A stretch of 44,274 nucleotides of DNA from Chloroflexota bacterium (GCA_013694835.1 JACDBP010000319.1:1-44274), one strand, 5' to 3'; shown: positions 17,302-25,294, counted from the first letter of the stretch. The notes: generated from the letters alone by a model not told the origin. Made by a program: numbers and translations.

Positions 17302-19889
17302 GGCGGCCCGCCCACGACCTCGATCGGGATCTGACCGATGAGGTTGAGCGCCGTCAGGGTCCCGCCACCGAATCGGCGCCCGTCGTCGAGAGGGTGCAGC
17401 GAGATCAGCCGCGTGCCGCCCGGCTCGACCGAGAACGCATCATCCCCGGCGGAGAAGCCGTCCACGTGGATCCGGACGCCATAGGCAAGCCGGCGGCTCC
17501 GGACCGTCAGCCGGACCGTCCCGTCCGCGGCCGACTGGGCGCTCGCCTCGAGTGCCAGGCGGTCGGGCCTCTCGACGTCGACCGGTCGACCGGCCGGGAA
17601 GCGGACTGCCTGCGAAAGCAGCTCGCGCCCGGTCTGCCCGTCTTGCTCGAGGCTCACCACGAGCACATCATGGGCGGGTGGCCCGAACCGATAGGCCCAC
17701 GACACGTCGACGAAGTGCCCGAGCAGCGTCTCGACATTCCGCACGTGTGCGCCGTGCGCGGCAACGTCGATCGTTTCCTGGCCTTCCCCGACCGGCTGCT
17801 CCAGGTCGCGATAGAGCGCCACCCGCAGGCGAGCCACGAGCGGCGTCGAGTGATCGTTCGCCACATGGACGACGACGCCGCCGAGGCCCTCATCGGTCGT
17901 CCAGACCGCTACCGGCGCGAGGGCACGGCGAAGATGGTGATAGGCGACCTTGGGCATCCCACGGTGGTCGAGGACGCCCCAACCCGCGCCCGCAGCGAGA
18001 TCGCGGAGCCACAGGACGAGCGCACCATGACACGTCGAGTCGGTCCGACGCCATTCCCCGAAGACCTCGGCCATGACCTCGCCGCTGACTGCCCGGGAGA
18101 ACTCGAGGTACCGTTCGTGGTCGATCCTGCGAAGCTCGCCCGGGTCCTGCCCGAACAGGTCGGCCAGATAGTGGTCGCGAACATCGTCGAAGTCCCAGCC
18201 GCTGCCGACGTCGCGCGGGACGCCCGCTTTCCAGCGGGGATGGTGGACAACGACCCCTGCCGCGGAATCCGGCAGTAGCGATTCGACGACCGCTTCGTCG
18301 GGTACGTTCGCGAACGCCAGGCACTCGGCGGCGAACCGGACCCCGGAGCTCCGCGCGTCGGCCAGCGGACGCCGATAGCCACCGACCCCGTAATAGTTCG
18401 CGACGCCCCGGTCCGGCCGGAACGGCTGGTCGCCTCCGAACGGCGCAGACGGCGCATAGACCGCGTCCGCCCCGGACGCACGCGACAGTGCTGGGATCGT
18501 CACGCCGAAGAAGTCGGCGCGTCCGAATGTGGGGTCGAGCCCGAGCATCGCGATCTGCTGCTCGATCTCGCTGTTGCCGCACAGCACGGCGAAGCTGGGG
18601 CGGCCGGCGAGCCGGTCGATGACGTCGGTCGCTTCAGCCTCGGCGAGCGCCCGGAACGCGTCATCCGCGAATGGGTAGTCCATGTTCGCGAACATGAGAT
18701 CCTGCCAGACAAGCACACCGAGCTCGTCGCACAGATCGTAGAAGGCGTCCTGCTCATAGGCGCCTGTGCCAGGCAAGCGGAGCATGTTCATCCCACCGTC
18801 ACGGGCGGTCTCGACCGCCGCACGAAGCGATCCTGGCGAGGGAGCGAGGCCGCGTGGGTCGACCGGAGTCCAGACCGCCCCCCGCGCGAAGATCCGCACG
18901 TCGTTCAGGTGGAGGTCGAGCCCATCGCGCTCGAGGTCGTGACCGGCCCCGGGACCCGCTGCCAGTCGTCGAAAGCCGACCCGCCCGGCGTCGATCGCGA
19001 TCGGCCCTACGTCGGTCTCGACCTTGAATCTAACGTCGTACAGGGCAGGCTCGCCGTGGGTGTGAGGCCACCACCGTCGTGCCGCTGGCACCCGCACCTC
19101 TCCCCGGAAGAGCAGTCGTTGTTCGTCGCCGGACGTGTCCAGGTATGCATGATGGGATCCCGTCTCCCCGGTCAGGACGACCCCGACCTGACGGGTCCGG
19201 CGGGCACCGATGGTCCGCACGCCAAGGCGCACCGACAGCACACCTTCGTCGCCGTCGAGTCGCGGCCGAAGGTCGATGCGCTCGACGGTGATGCCTCGCC
19301 GGCGCTCGAGCCAGACGGGCCCCCACGGGCCGACCGCAGGCGGCCCGGGCGCGAACCCTGGCGCGCGGCCGAGGAGCGTCGTTCTGATCCAGCGCAGATT
19401 GCCGTCGGCGACGAGGCGCGTCCGCCATCTGGCCCGCGGGCGGCGCGGTGCGCTCAACCTGGGTCCGAGGGCACTAAACCGGATCGCAAGCTCGTTCGCG
19501 CCGCGCAGGCGGCCGCCGATCTCGATCGCGTGGCGGACGAACATCGAATCGCTGACCACCACCTGTTCCCCATTCAGGTATACCTCGGCGATGGTCGCAA
19601 GGCCGTCGAGGAAGAGCACGACCGACTCGTCATCGTCGCCACGGGCCGCCTGGAAGTTCGTCCGGAACCACCAGTCCTGGGCGTCGAGATCAGCTGCCAT
19701 CAGACCGGCCTCGGCGAGCACCGAGGCGACCGTGCCGGGCACTCGTGCCGGAAGCCAGGTCAACCCATCGAGCTCAGCGGGGTCGGCGAACGAGTCCGGC
19801 GCAGCGGATGCGGCTACCCAACCTTCATCGAGCGGCACGACATCGTGATCCTGGACGCGGACCCGCCGTGCCAACCGTGCCGGCGGCAT
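17298..19889 (-). CDS. Glycoside hydrolase family 2-like protein (beta-mannosidase / exo-glucosaminidase type), cytoplasmic
   Basis: An 863-aa ORF. It has the sugar-binding N-domain pattern (WLPARVPGTV...DWWFRT...FLDGLATIAEVYLNG). The TIM-barrel region contains MNMLRLPGTG...VLVWQDLMF, CGNSEIE (acid/base Glu, compare GNNE) and RFAAECLAFANVP (candidate nucleophile Glu). There is no signal peptide. Confidence 0.78.
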   Translation of the reverse strand: MPPARLARRVRVQDHDVVPLDEGWVAASAAPDSFADPAELDGLTWLPARVPGTVASVLAEAGLMAADLDAQDWWFRTNFQAARGDDDESVVLFLDGLATIAEVYLNGEQVVVSDSMFVRHAIEIGGRLRGANELAIRFSALGPRLSAPRRPRARWRTRLVADGNLRWIRTTLLGRAPGFAPGPPAVGPWGPVWLERRRGITVERIDLRPRLDGDEGVLSVRLGVRTIGARRTRQVGVVLTGETGSHHAYLDTSGDEQRLLFRGEVRVPAARRWWPHTHGEPALYDVRFKVETDVGPIAIDAGRVGFRRLAAGPGAGHDLERDGLDLHLNDVRIFARGAVWTPVDPRGLAPSPGSLRAAVETARDGGMNMLRLPGTGAYEQDAFYDLCDELGVLVWQDLMFANMDYPFADDAFRALAEAEATDVIDRLAGRPSFAVLCGNSEIEQQIAMLGLDPTFGRADFFGVTIPALSRASGADAVYAPSAPFGGDQPFRPDRGVANYYGVGGYRRPLADARSSGVRFAAECLAFANVPDEAVVESLLPDSAAGVVVHHPRWKAGVPRDVGSGWDFDDVRDHYLADLFGQDPGELRRIDHERYLEFSRAVSGEVMAEVFGEWRRTDSTCHGALVLWLRDLAAGAGWGVLDHRGMPKVAYHHLRRALAPVAVWTTDEGLGGVVVHVANDHSTPLVARLRVALYRDLEQPVGEGQETIDVAAHGAHVRNVETLLGHFVDVSWAYRFGPPAHDVLVVSLEQDGQTGRELLSQAVRFPAGRPVDVERPDRLALEASAQSAADGTVRLTVRSRRLAYGVRIHVDGFSAGDDAFSVEPGGTRLISLHPLDDGRRFGGGTLTALNLIGQIPIEVVGGPP

Positions 19890-19893
19890 GGGG

Positions 19894-20859
19894 CTACCGG
19901 ACTGCGTCGTCGAGCGCGCCGAGTGCCACGTCCCACGCTTCGCTCAACGCGTCGATCGCGGCCTCGGCGTCGAATGGCCGCCGCCGAGCGAGCTTGAAGC
20001 CAAGTAGCTTGGACCCCTCGACGATCTCCGACATGGCCGTCACCGCCCGCCCGCCCTCATCGCCGAGCAGCCAGCCGACGTGCGAGGCGCACAGTTCGAA
20101 CCCGGCTCCCGCCATCCGCACGGTCGCGAATGCGTAGGCATGGAATCGAGCCACATCGCCGGCCAGCAGGTCCGGGAGGTCACGGCTCAGTCGAACGCCG
20201 AACCGGTCGAACGGATTGCCGGCATGGACCCGATCGAGGTGATGGCGCAGGATCTCGCGGGACGCTGCCCGCAGCGCGGCCCCTTCGAGGCGCGGGCCGG
20301 CATCGAAGCGGATGAGCTCCGTGTATGGGGGAAGGATCTCGTCGTCCGCGTGGTCGACCCGAAACACGCCGCGGTAGTCTTCCCCGCTCAGCTCGTGCAG
20401 TGACGTGTTGTGGAAGTAGCGGAGGCGTTGCCCGAGCAGGTCGATCGCCTCGGCGGCGACGCCGGTCTTCACGTGCTCCGTGCGATAGCTGCTCGAGGCC
20501 GTATCCGGAAGGTGCCAGGCGTCGAGCTCCACGGTGAGCGAGCGGCCATCGGCGAGAAGCTCAGCGATCTGGTCAGGCATGGACCGGTAGGGCTGCATCT
20601 CGTGGATATCGACACCGAAGAGGCGCTCGAGGTCCTCGGGGGGTGGCTTGAAGAACGTCCACTGGTCCCCTTCGAAGTCCATTCGAACGATCGAGCCGAG
20701 GCACGCCAACGGTTCGTCGCCCCGAGCGTGGAGGAGCTCGATAAGCAGGTCCGTGTAGCAGTTCGTCTCCTGGTACGTGCGTTCGGCGGCATGCAGTGGG
20801 TGCGATCGATACGTGGCCGGATCGAGCCCGAACAGGCTGACCATGCCGGACGTAGCCAT
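19894..20859 (-). CDS. Conserved hypothetical protein (I recall it as DUF1839-like; family assignment unverified)
   Basis: Corresponds to the C-terminal 321 aa of the 650-aa track ORF 19894..21846. It starts at ATG 20859 (MATSGMVSLFGLDP...), 2 nt after the ligase stop; an alternative GTG at 20865 overlaps that stop as GTGA. The upstream part of the track ORF is an alternate frame of the ligase gene. It contains YQETNCYTDLLIELLHARG near the N-terminus. Confidence 0.55.
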   Translation of the reverse strand: MATSGMVSLFGLDPATYRSHPLHAAERTYQETNCYTDLLIELLHARGDEPLACLGSIVRMDFEGDQWTFFKPPPEDLERLFGVDIHEMQPYRSMPDQIAELLADGRSLTVELDAWHLPDTASSSYRTEHVKTGVAAEAIDLLGQRLRYFHNTSLHELSGEDYRGVFRVDHADDEILPPYTELIRFDAGPRLEGAALRAASREILRHHLDRVHAGNPFDRFGVRLSRDLPDLLAGDVARFHAYAFATVRMAGAGFELCASHVGWLLGDEGGRAVTAMSEIVEGSKLLGFKLARRRPFDAEAAIDALSEAWDVALGALDDAVR

Positions 20860-20861
20860 CG

Positions 20862-21791
20862 TCACGGCCACAGCTGCCGGGTGACCGCGGCCGGCCATCG
20901 AGTGTGGTCGAGGCCGTGGCTCCGCAGGAGGCCGAGCGTGATCCGCTCGAGGCCGAACCCGAGACAGGCGGTGTGGGCTGGGCTGCCGTCGGCCATCGTG
21001 ATCCCGTACGTCCCGGCGAAGTGATCCTGGTGGTAGTTGAACGAGGCGACCGCCGTCGGCTCCGGACCGGCGATGGGGATGAGCAGTTCGAACTTGAGTT
21101 CCTGGGCTCGCTGGTTGGCAGCCAGCATCCGGCCAGCGCGGCCGAAGAACGGGTCGGCGGCCACCTCGGGGTGGGCATCCAGCCCCACACGTGTCAGGAC
21201 CTCTTCCGCTCGATCGCGCCAGCTGTTCCGCCAGAGGGCGACGGTCTCGGGCTCGCCCAGGCGGACCATCTCGCGCTGATGGAACATCTGGAGGCGCGCC
21301 GGATCGGCCGATGGTTCGTGGCGGAAGACGTAGGCGCCGCCGGCGTCGATGGCCAGGCCACCGGGCGGCAGCGGGCCGCGCCGGGCGATGGCCGGATAGA
21401 CCGGGTAGCAGGCGGCCGGCACCAGGACGAGGTCTGTCATCCGCTGGTACCCGCTCCAGTCTCCGTGACGGTGGGCGACGTCCTCTTGCTCGATGGCCTC
21501 CTGCTCGGTCCCCTCGAACGAGAAGATCGTGCCGGCCAGGTGGGGGAAGGACTTGAGGTAGCCGCTCGCCTCGAAGTGGCGACGCGGCAGGACCGGCGGA
21601 AAGCGCATCGCCTCGGCACCATCGGGTTCGGCCACCCGGCTGACGAGGCGGTCGAATGCCTCCCGGATCCGCTCGAAGCCGCCGCCACGGCCGTACACGC
21701 CAGGCTCCCCGGTCTCGATCAGCAACCCATGATCGAGGAGCTCCACGAGGAATTCGGCCTGGTCGGGAGTGGCCGCCAGGAGCCCGGCCAT
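20862..21791 (-). CDS. Amino acid--[acyl-carrier-protein] ligase (class II aaRS / atypical SerRS catalytic-core homolog without a tRNA-binding domain)
   Basis: A 309-aa ORF with class II motif 2 GGAYVFRHEPS...RLQMFHQREMV and motif 3 LGFGLERITLGLL. The Cys residues in PAACYPVYP and HTACLGFG match the Zn site of methanogen-type SerRS and aa:CP ligases. It is too short for any tRNA-binding arm, and a carrier-protein gene lies two genes upstream. Confidence 0.82.
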   Translation of the reverse strand: MAGLLAATPDQAEFLVELLDHGLLIETGEPGVYGRGGGFERIREAFDRLVSRVAEPDGAEAMRFPPVLPRRHFEASGYLKSFPHLAGTIFSFEGTEQEAIEQEDVAHRHGDWSGYQRMTDLVLVPAACYPVYPAIARRGPLPPGGLAIDAGGAYVFRHEPSADPARLQMFHQREMVRLGEPETVALWRNSWRDRAEEVLTRVGLDAHPEVAADPFFGRAGRMLAANQRAQELKFELLIPIAGPEPTAVASFNYHQDHFAGTYGITMADGSPAHTACLGFGLERITLGLLRSHGLDHTRWPAAVTRQLWP

Positions 21792-22966
21792 CAGACGTCC
21801 TTGGCGATGAGCAGCAGGAGTGCGTTCCGCTCGTGGATCCGCTCATTGGCGATCATCAGCGGAGCCGACATCGTATCCCGCAGGTGGCGCCCGACGCTGA
21901 ACGGCGTGTCGTTCTTGTAGCCCACGATGCCACCGATCGCCATGGCGCCCTGGCAGACCCGCGGTGCCTGTTCGGAGGCCGCGATCTTCAGGTTGTTGAA
22001 GCGGAGGATGCTGGCCATCGTGGATAAACGCTCTCGGTCCGGGGTGGCCGACGCTTCGGTGAAGTCTCGCAGGGCCGAGTTCACCTCTGCCCGCAGCAGC
22101 GACAACTCGCTCATGAGATGCGACAGGCGCTGCGCTGTCGGCGGGACCTGGTCGGGACGCTGCTTGGCGGAGGCCCGTACGAACGCGCGAGCCCGGTCGA
22201 ACGCGTCGGTGGCGATCCCCAGCCACAGATGCGACCACAGGAGATGGCTTACCGGTACCATCGATTCGCCCGCGACGATCGGGAAGGGCGTCGGCAGGAC
22301 CTGGTCCGTCGAGAACTCGGCCCGAACGACGAAGCCGGGCGAGGACGTCCCTCGCATGCCCAGCGGATCCCAGGTGCCGGTCTGTTCGAGCGTCATCTGG
22401 TCCTTGTGGGTCAGCACGATGACCTGGTCGCCGGGCTCGGCGTCGGGTGTGCGCCGCAGCGTCGTGAAGAGATCGTCGGCATAGAGACCGTACGACACCG
22501 TCGGCGCCTGCTTCTCGAACGTGGCGTTGCCGTCCCGGGACGGCGTGACCGCCGCGTTCGAGCGCCCGAGGTCCCCACCCGTCCCTACCTCGGACGTGAC
22601 GGAGGCGATGAGCCGCTGGTCACGGGCGACGTCGCGCAGGTATGCCTCGAACCACGGCGCATCGGCCAGGTGCCGGGTCATGCACGCGATCTGGATCTGG
22701 TGCATCGCGTAGACCATGGCGCTCGATCCGCACCGGCGACCGAGTTCGAAGCACGCCGCCGCCACCGCCTCGAACGAGATGCCGCCCCCGCCCAATTCCG
22801 TCGGGATGAGCGCCGACAAGGCCCCGTCCGCACGCAGCGCATCGAGTGCCTCGACCGGAAAACGGGCCTTCCGGTCGACGTCGTCGGCGTTCACTGCGGC
22901 GAACTCATCGGCGATCTTTCGGATCCCGTTCAGGAAGCCCGCGTCGACGTCGATCGCGACGCTCAT
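21791..22966 (-). CDS. Acyl-CoA dehydrogenase-fold flavoprotein
   Basis: A 391-aa ORF with FPVEALDALRADGALSALIPTELGGGG, ASVTSEVGTGGDLG and the C-terminal helical domain ...GGIVGYKNDTPFSVGRHLRD. The ATG at 22966 overlaps the carrier-protein stop as ATGA, and its own stop overlaps the ligase ATG (TGATG). Confidence 0.88.
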   Translation of the reverse strand: MSVAIDVDAGFLNGIRKIADEFAAVNADDVDRKARFPVEALDALRADGALSALIPTELGGGGISFEAVAAACFELGRRCGSSAMVYAMHQIQIACMTRHLADAPWFEAYLRDVARDQRLIASVTSEVGTGGDLGRSNAAVTPSRDGNATFEKQAPTVSYGLYADDLFTTLRRTPDAEPGDQVIVLTHKDQMTLEQTGTWDPLGMRGTSSPGFVVRAEFSTDQVLPTPFPIVAGESMVPVSHLLWSHLWLGIATDAFDRARAFVRASAKQRPDQVPPTAQRLSHLMSELSLLRAEVNSALRDFTEASATPDRERLSTMASILRFNNLKIAASEQAPRVCQGAMAIGGIVGYKNDTPFSVGRHLRDTMSAPLMIANERIHERNALLLLIAKDV

Positions 22967-23208
22967 GCCGCCGACACCTGGAGCCTCTCGAGCGCGTCGG
23001 TGATCGAGGCGACGCTCTGAAAGACACTCCGCTTCAGCATGGCGTCGGGAAACTCGATGTCGAACTCAGCCTCCAGGGCGAGCATGAGGTTGACGCTCGC
23101 ATGCGAGGTCATGCCAGCCTGATAGAGGTCGGCGTGATCTTCCAACGCCTGGATGTCGGTCGGCAGCCGGCCGTGTTGAAGGATGATGTGCCGGACTCGT
23201 TCACCCAT
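22963..23208 (-). CDS. Acyl/aminoacyl carrier protein (81 aa)
   Basis: The sequence DLYQAGMTSHASVNLMLALEAEFDIEFPD is a carrier-protein helix II region. Starting at ATG 23208 puts the candidate phosphopantetheine Ser at residue 35, as in canonical ACPs. The longer starts at 23244 or 23328 would add an N-terminal leader. Confidence 0.78.
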   Translation of the reverse strand: MGERVRHIILQHGRLPTDIQALEDHADLYQAGMTSHASVNLMLALEAEFDIEFPDAMLKRSVFQSVASITDALERLQVSAA

Positions 23209-23280
23209 GCCTGACTCGGGATCCACCCTTAAGACGACCTCCATAGGCGCGACGGACGCTGCGAAGGATACGACAGCGAC

Positions 23281-23296
23281 GACTCGTTGCCGAGTC
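23281..23296. promoter_or_regulatory. Perfect palindrome GACTCG-ttgc-CGAGTC in the divergent ACP-operon / acpS control region
   Basis: A 6-bp inverted repeat with a 4-nt spacer lies 73-88 nt upstream of the carrier-protein ATG. It could be an operator or a 5'-leader hairpin with a GCAA tetraloop on the minus-strand transcript. Confidence 0.3.
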
Positions 23297-23414
23297 TCCG
23301 GCGGCTCGAGCTTGCACGCACGCACCACGCCGTTCGGAGAGCCCTGTGCCGCTCAAGGCCGGTGGGACGTGTGGGCGGCTTGACAGGCCCGTGACGACGC
23401 CCAACGATCGGCTC

Positions 23415-23828
23415 ATGGTCATCCACGTGGGGCTCGATCTCGTGTCCGTCGCCGAGGTCGCGGATGCACTCGTCGCTCTCCACGGCCACCGGTACCTGAC
23501 CCGGGTCTACACCGAGCGCGAGATCGCGGACTGCCGGACGTCCGCCGGTGTCGACCCAAGAAGGCTGGCGGCCCGGTTCGCGGCAAAGGAGGCGACCCTG
23601 AAGGCCCTGGGCACGGCTGACGATGCGGTCTCCCTGCGCGATATCGAAGTCCAGCGGGAACCGTCTGGACGGGTCCGCTTGGTGCTGCGCGGGGGGGCGG
23701 CTGAACTGGCTGCCGAGGCCGGAGTCGTCGAGCTGGCACTGAGCCTCACCCATGAGGGCGGATACGCCGCGGCGATCGTCGTCGCAGAATACGGGCGGAC
23801 CGCCACCGACGGCGCGGTCCAGCCATGA
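23415..23828 (+). CDS. acpS: Holo-[acyl-carrier-protein] synthase (AcpS-type 4'-phosphopantetheinyl transferase)
   Basis: Starts at the internal ATG (23415) of track ORF 23346..23828. The product contains MVIHVGLDLVSVAEV..., FAAKEATLKALG and LSLTHEGGYAAAIVVAE, the typical AcpS pattern. TTGACA at 23380-23385 lies 29 nt upstream. Confidence 0.85.
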   Translation: MVIHVGLDLVSVAEVADALVALHGHRYLTRVYTEREIADCRTSAGVDPRRLAARFAAKEATLKALGTADDAVSLRDIEVQREPSGRVRLVLRGGAAELAAEAGVVELALSLTHEGGYAAAIVVAEYGRTATDGAVQP

Positions 23829-23944
23829 GGAGTGGATGACCGCGAGGTACTAGCACTTCGTCATCATCGGCGGTGGCTCGGGCCGGCACCTCGCCGGCGA
23901 CGCTCCTGGCGCGACGGGACCCTCTGCTACGCTCGCCGGCGCAC

Positions 23945-25294
23945 ATGACGACCACGACTCGCCGGCTGCAGGCGCCCACGCCACGCGTCGCGCTCCTGCT
24001 CATCACGACGCTGATCGTGGGCGTGATCCTGTATCTGGGCCGCGACGCAGTCACGCCATTTCTGCTCGGCTTGCTCCTGATCTACGTGATGGACCCGATG
24101 GTCGGCTGGCTCCATCGCCGTGGTGTGCCGCGCGGACTCTCGGTCCTGCTCGTCTATGTGCTCGTCTTCGGCGCATCGTTCCTGGCCCTGGCCCTGCTGC
24201 TCCGCCCACTCGTCTCGCAGGTGATCGGGTTCATCGGCGACCTGCCACGCTTCAACCAGGCCGTCGACGAGGCGACCCGCCAGCTGCGCGGGCTGTACGA
24301 GGGCCTGCAGCTGCCCCCGGCGCTGCGCGAAGCGATCGACCGGGCCCTGGCGGACCTCGGCAACGCCGCGGGCGCCTTCGACGTCCGCTCGCTGCTGCCG
24401 ATCGCAAGCGGCATCTTGGGGGCGATCGGCGCGCTCTTCGGCTACATCATCGTGCCGGTCTGGGCCTTCTACCTGCTCAAGGACCGTGAGCGGCTCCTCG
24501 CCTCCTTCGACCGCTCCCTCCCCGACGGCTGGCGGCGCGATACCTGGGCGGTGCTGCGCATCGTGGAGCGGATCTTCGGCCGCTGGCTGCGGGCCCAGAT
24601 CCTGCTGGGTCTCCTGGTCGGGGCCGCGACCTTCGCCGGGCTCATCGTCCTCGGGTTGCTGGTCGACGAGCGCTTCATCCGGTTCGCGATCCTGCTGGCG
24701 GTCGTGGCGGGGCTCTTCGAGCTGCTGCCCATCATCGGGCCGATCCTGTCGATGATCCCCACACTGCTGGTCGCCCTGACAGTCTCACCACAGGCTGTGG
24801 TGGCGGTGTTCCTCCTCTATCTGCTGGTGCAGCAGCTGGAGAACAACGTGCTCGTGCCCAAGATCCAGGGTGAGGCGATCGAGCTCCACGCATCGGTGGT
24901 CATCTTCTCGCTCATCATCGGTGGCTCGATCGCCGGCCTGCTCGGAGCGATCCTCGCCCTGCCGATCACCGCGGCCGGCAAGGAGATCTACCGCTACCTC
25001 TTCCGACGCCTCAGCGAGGACGCGGACGCGGTCCAGCCCGAGCGTGTTCGGCCGATGGCGCCCGAGGGCCCGGAGGGCGCCACGCCGGACGTATCGATCG
25101 CACGAGCGGACCCGGACGGTGCCGCCGAGCAGTCGACGATAGAGGAGAGGCCTGCGCCATCGGATGAGGAGGCCATGGACGCGCCCGCGCTGCGCGCGAG
25201 ACCTATCGCGGGCGGTCCCGCATCGAAAGGTGCCGCCGGACCCGACGATCCGCCGGGCGATCTAGCCGCCGGGGACCAGGCCGAAGCGCGATGA
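23945..25294 (+). CDS. AI-2E family transporter (PerM/YhhT, UPF0118)
   Basis: A multi-TM protein with PFLLGLLLIYVMDPMVGWLHRRGVPRGLSVLLVY and, in the late region, LENNVLVPKIQGEAIELHASVVIFSLIIGGSIAGLLGAILALPI, typical of the family. The start (ATG 23945 versus GTG 23873) is uncertain. It has a long acidic/Pro-rich C-terminal tail. Confidence 0.82.
   Translation: MTTTTRRLQAPTPRVALLLITTLIVGVILYLGRDAVTPFLLGLLLIYVMDPMVGWLHRRGVPRGLSVLLVYVLVFGASFLALALLLRPLVSQVIGFIGDLPRFNQAVDEATRQLRGLYEGLQLPPALREAIDRALADLGNAAGAFDVRSLLPIASGILGAIGALFGYIIVPVWAFYLLKDRERLLASFDRSLPDGWRRDTWAVLRIVERIFGRWLRAQILLGLLVGAATFAGLIVLGLLVDERFIRFAILLAVVAGLFELLPIIGPILSMIPTLLVALTVSPQAVVAVFLLYLLVQQLENNVLVPKIQGEAIELHASVVIFSLIIGGSIAGLLGAILALPITAAGKEIYRYLFRRLSEDADAVQPERVRPMAPEGPEGATPDVSIARADPDGAAEQSTIEERPAPSDEEAMDAPALRARPIAGGPASKGAAGPDDPPGDLAAGDQAEAR

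Noticed and set aside
19894-21846. The 650-aa track ORF, read as one large protein. The same question arises for 518..1915, 4434..5612, 1627..2022, 10726..11052 and 22963..23328 as full-length products.
   Set aside because: The N-terminal parts run in an alternate frame through the upstream gene and are Arg/Pro/Gly-rich nonsense. Internal starts placed right after the upstream stop give proteins of canonical length with canonical N-termini.
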